Assembly: GCF_006345805.1 (NCBI RefSeq)
Contig: NC_043013.1
Location: 47,306,001 to 47,370,000, forward strand
Source: Octopus sinensis
Taxonomy: Eukaryota
DNA: 64,000 bases
Direction of reading: 5' to 3'
Shown in pieces: positions 52,871 to 64,000 of the stretch (its first letter is position 1; each line of letters opens with the position of its first letter). Both the position numbers and the translations under genes were made by a program. Below the pieces are notes generated by a model, which made no database searches, was not told the DNA's origin, and saw nothing but the letters and a program-made list of their open reading frames with translations.

Positions 52871-54949
52871 ATTTTTGAAGCTCAGGCAACCACAGAGGAT
52901 CGACCGTACACTTATATATTCTGTTGGTAACTACTCGACAGTTGCTGGTCTTGATTTATAGTTGTGTGTGTGGTGTGGTGTGTGTGTGTGTGTGTATGTG
53001 TATGTGTGTGTGTGTGTGTGTGTGTGGCTGTTTGTGTGTGTCTAAGACGGAGATAGTAAGTCAGCAGGAGGCAAAGGGGGAACCGTTCAGATACAAATAT
53101 GCAAAGCTCTGAGAAAGAAATATGAAAGACAAAGAAGAGTAAAATGAGAGAGCATGTGGTTACGACATTGATGGAAAGGGAGAGAGGGAGAGATGGAAAG
53201 AGAAAGACAGACAAGAGACAGAGAGATGCAGAAAGAGAGCAAGTGACAGGAAGAATGACATAAAAATAGTCAGATTGAGTAAGTCCTTCTCCCTCGATCC
53301 AGCAAAAAAAAAAAGGAAAAAAAATAGAATGAAAGAGAAAAAGTGTGTTTGCGACGAAAGCAGCGAACAACTGAGATAAATATAGGTATAAAGAGGAATA
53401 TATGTTGTTGTTGTTTTGGTTGTTGTTCTGATATTGCTACAAGTGAAGTCTAACAAATCAGAACAAAGCTTAAAGACGTTTCACCTGCGGCCGTCTGTTT
53501 GTTGTTTAACAACTACAGCATTGCAAAATACGTCCATCCTTTCTTTAAAGACGTTACGATGGGATTTGAAGGCGGCCTGACGCTCATTTCTAGAAAGTCG
53601 ACAGAACCACAAAGAAGTTCCCTCTCATTGCCTGAGAAGAAGACTTTGCATGAGAGAAAATGCGCAGGCAAAGGAAAGGAAGAAAATGGCAGAAGCATAG
53701 ATGTTGAGAACGAAAGTGTTTGGAGAGAGAGAGAGAGAGAGAGCGGGAGACATCAAAGAAGAGAGACTGGATGATAGCAGTGAGAAGTATACACCTCGGA
53801 AGATTGCTATATTTCATTACTGATTAGATATTTTGGTCCACATCATCTCGCGAAAATTAAATAAGACACTATATAGCAATCTAGAGGAAGCGTTAGTTTC
53901 GGCCATTGATCAGATTATAGCACGAGATTAGTGTTATCGGTTCTAAAGGGACCTAAAATGGTTTATACAGCTACTAACGTTTTGGGATATTCGTAGAAAT
54001 GCCTGGATTTTTAAGAAGACCTAATTTGGTTTATCACATTCTTCTGCCACTATTTCGAATTGTATCGCTTTCTGAAGACTCTGCAAGAGCTAAGTCATTT
54101 TATTACATTCCGTTACCACTATTTCAAGACCTCCTTTGCAGCTTCAAATTAAGTTTTCAGGAAGACCTAATTTCGTTTATTCCTTACTCGCAGATTTTCT
54201 AGCAAATTACTGGGCTTTTAAGGAGACTTCACTTAGCTTAGAATAAATCATAAACATGATATGTAAAACTGGTTGGCAATTCTCGTAGTGTTAAGGGGCT
54301 GCAGATGTAAAAATGGCAGTTTCACTTTCGCTCCTCAAATATTTCAAATATTTCGAAATGTTTCTTTTCAATCCGGAAATTTCAGAATTATTCAAATTGG
54401 TTTGTTTATATTTTCTTAGAAATAATTATTTCTAGGAGAAAATAAATAATAGATGTTATGAATTAGTTTTGATAGCTTTGTTTCTTAAAGTCTGTATAAT
54501 TACACAGATGAATACAGTTGTTTTGGAACTGAAGAGAAATGGTGGGGATGGTGAAAAAACTGTTATTTCTGCAAAAATCTGCAAAAATCTGAGAATTATC
54601 CCTTAAACTTTCATTTCGAAACACGTGATCAGTATGTTTGTTAATCAGAACTTGTAAGTAAATTCCAAATTCCATGCTTTTATCAAAAAATGCATACACA
54701 CACACATACACACGCACACACACACACACGCACACGCACGCACGCACACACGCACACATACATACACACACGCGTACACATACACACAACACACACACAC
54801 ACACACAAACACATACACACCTATTTCATTTTCTTCTCACGCACACAACCAATTCAGATACAATGCAAACACTTTTAATAACCTCAAAATCTTATCGCCT
54901 TCTAAATCGTAAATGACTCTGCACATCCGTTCAGTGCACCATGGATGAT

Positions 54950-55480
54950 TACTACGCAGTGGCTCTCGTGGCTTTTCATCTTAACTGATTGGAAGTGTTA
55001 TCATGTATATTGTTTTTAGCTTGGTATAAAAGATGGGCTACAGCAAATATTCTGCTCAATACCACAGATTTGCTTGTCATTTGTTTGACCATAACCAGTT
55101 GAGCATGTCCCTTAGTCGCTGATGACATGTGAATCTCTGATCACGATCAGAAATAGTGGGGATCATCATAGCCGTGTGTTGAGAGGGATTCTTAGAGTTT
55201 TGGATAATTCACCTCTGGAAAGATGGGTAGTTCATTCAACATCCTTAAGCAATCCTTAATCAGGGATCTTTTGAGCGGGATGTGTTACTCGACCAGAAGA
55301 AAATTCTAAAAGTGGGCCCTACCTACTATGTCATGCGCTGTTTATCTTGATATGAGATCCCCATGTCGCGCACATATGGTTGTGATGCATGTGCCTGGTG
55401 TACCTTTATCAGACGGGTATACTGGGCTTCGTATATCTTACCCTGGTGTCACTTTGATTACATGCACTGCTCTCTCACTC
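54950..55480 (+). mobile_element. Non-coding retro-like repeat ending in (AAT)n
   Basis: Its 3' part recurs at 56405-56546 (GAGATC...TGTCGCGCACAT...TATACTGGGCTTC...CACTGCTCT). Both copies end in (AAT)n. Confidence 0.6.
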
Positions 55481-55534
55481 AATAATAATGATGATAATGA
55501 TGATAATAATAATAATAGTAATAATAATAATAAA

Positions 55535-55930
55535 AAACTTGAAGAGCAGACAGAAATGGGAGGCAATAGGAGTAGAAGAGCTAAGATGTGTTCTTAGAAA
55601 GTCTGGACCAGATAATTTACTTCTGGCTGAATTGGTGGCAGAAATGCACTAACGTTTTGCTGCATCCCTAACTAATGTCGTCCAGAACCCAGAGTAAATA
55701 CCTACCTGCCTCATTGACCGAAAGAACAATATACCTTCTACCAAAAACTGAAGACACGAAAAATCCTAAGAACTACTGACCAATAACATGTCTCAACAGC
55801 ACTTACAAGATCCTCACATCGATACTAACTGGAAAAATATACACTTTGCTGGAACAGAACTCTATCCTTCTACAAGCTTAAAAAGGTTGTAATATCAACA
55901 TCAAACGAGGCATCTTTCAAGGTGACCCCC
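55535..55930 (+). mobile_element. R4/Dong-like RT fragment
   Basis: LLPKTEDTKNPKNY*PITCLNSTYKILTSILT...INIKRGIFQGD. Confidence 0.7.
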
Positions 55931-56107
55931 TCTCACCACAAAGGCCTGAAATTTGTTTGGAGAGAACTAGTCGATTACATCGATCCCGGTGTTTTTCTTG
56001 TACTTAACTTATCATTCTCCAAAGCATCAAATGTGAACAAAGCGGCAGACGACATAATGCTAAGCATTTCGCCCGGTGTGCTAACGATTCTGCCAGCTCG
56101 CTGCCCC
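55922..56107 (-). mobile_element. Family C SINE (decayed)
   Basis: The reverse complement reads GGGCAGCGAGCTGGCAGAATCGTTAGCACACCGGGCGAAATGCTTAGC... Confidence 0.7.
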
Positions 56108-56198
56108 TAAATAATAATGATGATGATGATGATGATCATCATCATCATCATAGTAATAATAATAATATTAATAATAATAATAATAATAATAATAGCGT

Positions 56199-56405
56199 AT
56201 GGGCATAAGGATCAGGAAACTGCTAACAATAAACAGAATGCACCACCCAAAATCAGACGTCCACGGGCTCTATCTCTCACGAAAAGGAGGCGGTAGGGGC
56301 CTAATCCAGCTCGCAACGTCCTGTAAAACGATTGCGATAGGACTCCAAGTGTACATCCAAAGTAACACCGACTGGATGATACAGCTGATAAGGCAGCATG
56401 AACAG
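56199..56405 (+). mobile_element. R4/Dong-like thumb-region fragment
   Basis: IRKLLTINRMHHPKSDVHGLYLSRKGGGRGLIQL. Confidence 0.7.
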
Positions 56406-56546
56406 AGATATGAGATCGCTATGTCGCGCACATAGGTTTGTGATGCATGGTATACCCTGGTTGGACGGGTAGTCATGATGTGTATACTGGGCTTCTTATA
56501 TTTTACCCAGTTTCACTTTCATGGCACGCACTGCTCTATTGCTCAA

Positions 56547-56605
<59 letters not shown>

Positions 56606-57280
56606 TAATAATAATAATAATAATAATAATGTCAGGTCGTTCTTGAGTGCTAGTGGTGACATGTAACCCAGTACAATCTGTCGTATGGTAAAGTTGTCGG
56701 CGTCAAAACCGGCAACCCCACAAAGCTTGCTTGGTAAGAGGAGTGATTTTTGGACATCGCGCGGTATGAAACCCGTAAAAGGTCGGAGGAACTCAGGAGA
56801 GTCAGTGGCCATGCCAAAAGTTTGTAAAATCTGCAACTGCAGAGTATAAAGTATGGGATTGGGGACCAGCACAGGATAGCTCCCTTCAAATTTAGGTTTC
56901 GGGGCCCTTTAAAATCGTTTATGTCACTCTCTAGAGATGGCGTCTCAAAAACAATAAAGAAAAAAAGCACCTTGAATTTCTCTCTCCCCTTAGTGACTCC
57001 CAGAATGGCTATCTCGAGGCCAAATTCGTTTCGGTCAAAGCAATGCTGTTACCTGGACGAATCATGAAGATCTTCTGCAGTCATACGAATCTCATATCAA
57101 AACCGTCTACTAAAGAACTCAATCAATCGCTTATTCACTTATCTCTTGGGTCCTATAAGATGGTGCAATCATCGTTTGTGTTTGGACTCTCCCGGCTTTA
57201 TTCTCAATAAAATTTGATGCGCCCCAGGATTCGGTTCTTCTTTCATTCTCTTCTTTATACATCTCATGACATAACCAACA

Positions 57281-57674
57281 TGGATGGGATGGAAGCACTC
57301 CGTCGGTTACGACGACGAGGGATCCGGTTGATCCGATCAACGGAACAGCCTGCTCGTGAAATTAACGTGTAAGTGGCTGAGCACTCCACAGACACGTGCA
57401 CCCTTAACGTAGTTCTCGGGGATATTCAGCGTGACACAGAGAGTGACAAGGCCGGCCCTTTGAAATACAGGTACAACAGAAACAGGAAGTAAGAGTGAGA
57501 GAAAGTTGTGGTGAAAGAGTACAGCAGGGGTCACCACCATCCCCTGCCGGAGCCTCGTGGAGCTTTAGGTGTTTTCGCTCAATAAACACTCACAACGCCC
57601 GGTCTGGGAATCGAAACCGCAATCCTACGACCGCGAGTCCGCTGCCCTAACCACTGGGCCATTGTGTCTCCACT
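57281..57674 (-). mobile_element. Family B SINE, full length with a 10-bp TSD
   Basis: Near-identical to 103-483. ATAACCAACA occurs at 57271-57280 and 57675-57684. Confidence 0.9.
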
Positions 57675-57909
57675 ATAACCAACACCGTCCATGTAAAAAA
57701 AGAAAATAGAAAAAGAAGGAAAAAACGATTAGAGGTTCGGCAGAATTTCCTTTGTTATCACTAAGGAGCTCATTTATCTCGTTTAGTGAAGGAAGCATGT
57801 GAGAAATGTTTTTTTTTAAATTTCTTCGGAATGATCACAGACAATAAGCCAAGACAAAATACTTTTTACTTTTCTTCTTATATATTTTGTATCTAATAAT
57901 TCTTGGGCA

Positions 57910-58352
57910 AGGGGAGCGAGCTGGCAGAATCGTCAGCACGCTGGGTGAAATACTTAGCAGTATTCCGTCTGTCTTTACGTTCTGATTTTAAATTCCTCCG
58001 AGGTCGACTTTGCCTTTCATCCTTTCGAGGTTGATAAATTAAGTACCAGTTGCATACTGGGGTCGATCTAATCAACTGGCCCCCGGCCGAAACTTTCGGG
58101 CCTTGTGCCTAGAGAAGAAAATATATATCAGGTAAACATTTAATGCGGTCAGCTGGCAGATTCATTGGGCAAAATGCTTGGCGGCATTTCGTCCGTCTTT
58201 ACGCTCTGATTTCTAATTCCGCCGCGGACAACTGTATCTTTCATCCTTTCGGGGTCTATAAAATAAGTACCAGTTGAGCACTAGGGTTGATGTAATCGAC
58301 TTACTTCTCCACTCCGAACTTGATGGCCTTGTACCAAAATATGAAACCAATA
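57910..58352 (+). mobile_element. Two adjacent family C SINEs
   Basis: Copies at 57910-58118 and 58146-58352, each with GCTGGCAGA...TTTCATCCTTTCG...AAGTACCAGTT. Confidence 0.8.
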
Positions 58353-59193
58353 TTATGTAAAACATTTAGTGGTCTGCAGTGAAAAAGTACGAGATTATGA
58401 AATGGTGCATTCCCAATTATAGTATTAAATGGTGCATTCCCAGTTATAATATTAAGTATTAAATACAAAATTCGTTGTGAAAAAAAACAAAAAATTCTGC
58501 AATAATATAAAAGAAATAGAAAAGAAGGAAAGCATTTAAACACACACTTTTCTCCTTAAATAATGTAAATGCTGCAATCTAATGTTGAGTAGAAAGGAAA
58601 TCTAGTCAACCAGGGCATGTAGTCTAGCTGGCTGCTCGGTAATGGTTATAACGCTCAGACACTTGGGTGGACATGAAAGTTATATATTGCTCTCTTCGTT
58701 TTTCATGCACCCTCCACACACACACACACACACACACACGCACTAGAATGCATATAAAAAAAACACAAACGTTGCACGCATCGGGGAAAAATTGTCCAAT
58801 ATTTTAATTACGAAATTTTCTAAGTATTTTTGTTTACTTTTCTCAATAGTTATACAAGTTTACAAATAGTAGCTTTGTCATACAAATCCACCATACTGAT
58901 AGTTCTTTATTTTTCTAATTTTAATTCTTAGTTTGGCTTTATTGTTCATAGATTTTCGCACACTCTGTACGAGGTGTGAAATGACATCGACTTTGAAATT
59001 GTGGAGGATTTTCCGTCTTTGGAAGCTTACATATTATTCAGCCTGTAATCGTAGGCCAGGCATTCACTAATTCTTATCGTGCTCATAACGATGGTTACGA
59101 GTGTGTACTTTGTGTTCTCTATACATTTGTTTAAACATATCACTGAATATGTTTAAACAAGTCTGCGTGTGGTTATATAAGTTATAGGCTGAG

Positions 59194-59421
59194 GGCGGCG
59201 AGCTGGCAGAATCGTTAGCACTCCGGACGAAATGCGTAGCCGTATTTCGTCTGTCGTTACGTTCCGAGTTCAAATTCCGCCGAGGTCGACTTTGCCATTC
59301 ATCCTTTCGGGGTCGATAAATAAAGTGCCAGTTTCGCACTGGGGTCGATGTAATCGACTTAATCTCTTTGTGTGTCCTTCTTTGTCCCCTCTATGTTTAG
59401 CGCCTTGTGGGCAATAAAGAA
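59194..59421 (+). mobile_element. Family C SINE, full length
   Basis: GGCGGCGAGCTGGCAGAA head, core and CTTGTGGGCAATAAAGAAAT tail. Confidence 0.85.
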
Positions 59422-60139
59422 ATATATATATATGTTATAGGTTGTAGCTGTCTTTGAAATTGTCACATTTAGAACTGAGAATGAGTTATATGAATATTTA
59501 AATTATAATGTTCCAGTCACTTCCTCCCTTTTCTCTCACGTTCTCTATTTTCAGTCACTTTCTTCCTTCCATTCTATCTCTCTGTCACTCTTTCTGTCTA
59601 TTTGTCTCTTCTCTTCTCTACCGGTTCGTCATAGATTTTCGAACAGAAACTTCTTCGGAGCAGGTCTAAGTACGATTAGCTACACTAAATCTACCTGTGT
59701 TCTAATCTTTCTCAACGAACCACATATTACTAATGAAGCGACTGAGCTGAAGTATTGGAAGCCTTTCTTTACTTCGTATTCCTTCTCTCTTCACGACACA
59801 CAAACTTGGCTAAACTAATGAGTTTCATGACATCCAGCAAATCCACGAATGTAAACATAAATAGGGGCAGATTTTTTCCCATTTCTAACTCAATATTATG
59901 TCTATTATATACTTCACCTACAGAGCGAGAGAGAGAGAGAGAGAGAAAGAGGAAGACAGAAAGAGAAAGAGCAGGGCAGGTTTCGTTCGTCATGGAGCTA
60001 ACATGTCTGCAAATCAAAACACCAGTTCTCAAAGTGTTTAAAGACAGAGTGTGTTATTTTATATTTGAAATCAGTGAAGATTCCAGGTCGTAATTTTGTT
60101 ATTTTCTACACGAAACTTCTCGCATGTTCTAAGGAAACT

Positions 60140-60239
60140 TAATATAATAATAACAATAATAATAATAATGATAATATATAATAATAATAATAATATAATA
60201 ATAAATAATAATAAAATAATAATAATAATAATAATAATA

Positions 60240-60286
<47 letters not shown>

Positions 60287-60380
60287 AATAATAATAACAA
60301 TAATAATAATAATAATAACAATAATAATAATATTAACAACAACAACAATAATAATAATAATAATAACAATAATAACAAGG

Positions 60381-60416
<36 letters not shown>

Positions 60417-60557
60417 TATAATAATGATAATAATAATAATAATTAATAATAATAATATAATGATGATGATAATGATAATAATAATAATAATAATAATAAA
60501 TAATAATAATAATAATAATGATGATGATAAGAATAATAATAATGATGATGATGATAA

Positions 60558-60590
<33 letters not shown>

Positions 60591-60696
60591 TAATAATAAT
60601 AATAATAATAATAATGGTAATAATAATAATAAATAATAATAATAATAATAATGATGATGATAATAATAATAATAATAATGATGATGATGATAATAA

Positions 60697-60729
<33 letters not shown>

Positions 60730-60745
60730 TGATAATATGACATAA
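60140..60745. repeat. (AAT)n/(GAT)n tract
   Basis: Directly visible. Confidence 0.95.
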
Positions 60746-60992
60746 TATATATGTTTGTGTATGGACGTCTGCATATGATTATATCGTGACTGCAGTATAC
60801 TTGTGATTATGTGATTATGTGTCTACATTTATACTTCTGCGCCTGTACGAAGGATCTTTCTAGAAGGATGTGTTTCTGTAAATGTATATATTTGTAAAGG
60901 CATTTGTATGAACATGCATCACTATTACAAATGTAATTGTATTTGTGTATGTTTATGCGAGTGTGCGTCTGCATATTTCTGTCTCAATCTAG

Positions 60993-61026
<34 letters not shown>

Positions 61027-61181
61027 GCATCATACATACATAAACATTTATACACACGTATACATGCAAGCTTTCTCTCTTTATCATTCACTCTCCCCAG
61101 TCTCGTTGTCTCATTCTCTCTTCCCTCTCTCGCACTCTTTCTCTATGCATATACACATACACAAAAGTATACACATATACC

Positions 61182-61237
<56 letters not shown>

Positions 61238-61731
61238 ATGTGTGTGTGTGTATGTATGTATGTATGTATGTATGTATGTATGTATGTATGTATGTATGTA
61301 TGTATATATATATATATATATATGTATGTATATCACATATACACATATACACACGCACCTTGCTTGCACCATGCACGCCAGCTGAGAGCTGACTGCATTG
61401 TTGAAGGTGTGTACAAGGAAAGATATGAAAGGATATTTAAATAGAGCAGACAATGTATTGAGCGGTCTACCGAACTGTAATAATTAAACTTGGACATATT
61501 TCTTTTTTTAAACTCATTTGACCGACATCAACCTCGCCAACCAAAAAAAAAAAAAAAAACTAACAACAACAACATTTAACGAAAGCTTGAAATTTAGGAT
61601 GAGAAATGATATCTGTTTCACCACCTTCTCTGGATCCCCGTCGTCTTAGTGTATGGCAGTGACGCTTTTCTCCCTGCGTTATGATCAAATTAGAGAGAGA
61701 GAGATAGAGATAGATAGATAGATAGATAGAT

Positions 61732-61804
<73 letters not shown>

Positions 61805-62705
61805 TGGAACATTGGTGAAGTAGAGAAAGACAGAGAGGCAGAAAGGAAAAATTAAAGAAGAGAGGCATGAAATTCTTCCTCCTTTCTCGAACGCTAACAA
61901 TTAGTGATAGAGAGGTGGCATTTCAAGCGTCCGTATGCGCGGGTTCTCAATTAACGCTAACGAGATTTTCCATAATTATACCTTGTAAATTTAAGCATTG
62001 AATGTTTTTAAATTCGTTTTTTCATGCGATGACAACTTAATCCAACGGTTTTCTTAAGCATATTTTTCTTTTAATTCTACATTATAAGGGTTTTGTAATA
62101 ATCACTCTGATGCATTGAACACTTGAAAATTCTAATTTTCTCGGTTTTATCTTTAAATGTCCATCCAGCATCTTGTTATTTAAGAATTAGTTGTCGGTAA
62201 TTATTCAATAAAAGTTGGTCATAACATAATGTTTTCTTAGCATCTATTCCACTTATATATAGTTATTTTATGAGAATTCCATCCTTATTTGCATGTCCGA
62301 CTATGTAATCTACTAATTATTTCGCAAGCATCAAAACGGAAAGATCTTTGAATATATTTTATTATATCACTCTAATATATAAGACTACCGTACAATTTGT
62401 ACATAGTATTTATTACTGTAATTACAACTATGTCCACATTATGACATTCAGACGGCAAACTAGGGCAGTCCTATTAAAGCGACACCATTCCAAACAGCAA
62501 CTTAATCAATTTTTTTTCTTTACAAATTAATTAATTTTCTTAATGCGTTACTTATTTCATTGGATCTAAGATTTCAGTGCTTAATGTGATTGAATCAAAT
62601 TACTTTCCATATCAGAGGTTTCAGCGTTCAAATCCCACCACAAGTGATGTTATTTTCATGCTTTTTATACTATTTTACTGCGATAATCCTCAATATAAGT
62701 ACTTG

Positions 62706-63145
62706 GATCTTTTCGGTTTCAACGGCAGTTTTTAACATAATTTCTAGGTAACTAAACACTTTTAAACTTCGTATACTGGTAGAATGTGTTTATAAAACAT
62801 CTTTTTCTCTTGGCTTTATTGAGAAAATTCTATAGTTTGTAAGATATTTGTTGTTTTTTTCTTCAATTTCTGCAATTTCAACCAATCAATGACGTTCATT
62901 GAGGTAAAAAAACTTTCTGTGCCGTATGAATATGTCCCTCGTTTAAGAAACAGATTGGGTTTATTTACATTTGTGAACAAAAGACGATACCCTTCCCTCC
63001 ACCCCTAACCCTAACCCTAACTAACCCTAACTACCCTAACCCTAAAATAGATTGAAATGCAATAGATCGATACTAGGGTCATAATTATGGGTGACAATTT
63101 CATAAGACACCGCTAGAAAAAGCTGCCGTTCAAACCGAAAAGATG
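62706..63145. mobile_element. MITE-like element with ~27-bp TIRs and internal (CCCTAA)n
   Basis: ATCTTTTCGGTTTCAACGGCAGTTTTT at the left end and AAAAAGCTGCCGTTCAAACCGAAAAGAT at the right end. Telomere-like repeats at 63003-63045. Confidence 0.7.
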
Positions 63146-63171
63146 CCTTTAATAAATTTTGATTGGGGAAA

Positions 63172-63403
63172 GGCGGCGACCTGGCAGAAACGGTAAGACG
63201 ACCGGCGAAATACTTAGCAGTATTTTGCCTCCCGTTACGTTCTGAATACAAATTCCGCCGAGGTCGACTTTACCTTTCATCCTTTCAGGGTCGGTAAATA
63301 AAGTACCAGTTACGCACTGGGGTCGATGCAATCGACTTAATCCCTTTGTCTGTCCTTCTTTGTCCCCTCTATGTTTAGCCCCTTGTGGGCAATAAAGAAA
63401 TAA
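63172..63403 (+). mobile_element. Family C SINE, full length
   Basis: Homologous to 59194-59421. Confidence 0.85.
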
Positions 63404-63529
63404 GTTTTGATTGTGGAATATCAAGCACTAGCCTAGTTGACTTACCTTAGAAAATATATAAGTAACTTAGCACCACTGAAGTCATCAGATCCAGCAGGAA
63501 TTTTTAAAAGATTCACTAGAAGATTTTGA

Positions 63530-63725
63530 TTCTGAGATCCGTGCTTGAACCGTGAAAATACTTAACAGCTTTACGTGAGTCATTACGTCTTGAGTTCAAA
63601 TACGGCCGAGGTCGGCTTTGCCTTTCAACCTTTCGATGTCGATAAAATAAGTTGAGGAGGGCGGTCGATGTAATACTTCTCTCTCTCTCTCGAACTTGCT
63701 GGCCTTCTGCCAAAATTTAAGACGA
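63530..63725 (+). mobile_element. Diverged family C SINE
   Basis: GAGTTCAAATACGGCCGAGGTCGGCTTTGCCTTTCAACCTTTCG core. Confidence 0.6.
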
Positions 63726-63811
63726 ATATTACTTACTCAGTAACTAACATTAGAAAAACTTATATATATTTGCAAAGAAGCCTTCACTTTCATCGCGACA
63801 TGGTGGTTACC

Positions 63812-63852
63812 GCTCGTTGACGAGGGACAACAATCCCGAAACTAGTTCGAGC
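63812..63852 (+). ncRNA. Minimal type I hammerhead-like motif (slightly decayed)
   Basis: GCTCG-TTGACGA-GGGA-CAACAA-TCCC-GAA-ACTAGT-T-CGAGC: perfect stems I and II and a palindromic stem III, but C3>T and a GTT triplet. Confidence 0.6.
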
Positions 63853-64000
63853 ATATCACTCAGGCTTGCGAGGAAGGGATGGCCTCCCTTTGCAAATACT
63901 CCAAGAACACAGATATTGTGTCTAAAGCCAGCTAGAGACGAAGATCTCTTGGGGCTATAAAGCTACAGTAACACCCCCTCCCCAATGTGGTTAGCCATGA

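Noticed and set aside
56880-57270. Helitron Rep fragment on the minus strand (LHHLIGP)
   Set aside because: Only one short motif-like match amid stops; insufficient support.
63003-63045. True telomere or chromosome-fusion site
   Set aside because: Short, imperfect, single orientation and enclosed in a TIR element.

Overview
AT-rich, microsatellite-saturated eukaryotic DNA with one 100-N scaffold gap (39561-39660). The SINE families and repeat style point to an octopus/coleoid cephalopod genome; this is inferred from recognition, not from a search. I see no intact host protein-coding gene. Almost all long ORFs in the track are translations of (TA)n, (CA)n, (CATA)n, (AAT)n or (CAT)n repeats. 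The window holds many copies of three tRNA-derived SINE families, a decayed ~3.5-kb R4/Dong-like RLE LINE plus fragments, a CR1-like LINE 3' end, Tc1 and mariner relics, and several Penelope-like (PLE) fragments. The main result is a 4.5-copy, ~490-bp tandem array (47240-49434) inserted in (TA)n. Each full unit carries a complete type I hammerhead ribozyme with an unusually long stem II and a palindromic stem III, i.e. a retrozyme-like element predicted to release ~490-nt, potentially circular RNAs. A second intact hammerhead of the same architecture but unrelated sequence lies at 38416-38486 (-). Several minimal or decayed hammerheads from other families occur elsewhere in the window. Also notable: a 41-bp minisatellite born from a SINE interior, a SINE/LINE-shared 3' stem-loop with covariation, and several fold-back and templated duplications. 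All structures were paired by eye and all family names come from motif recognition.
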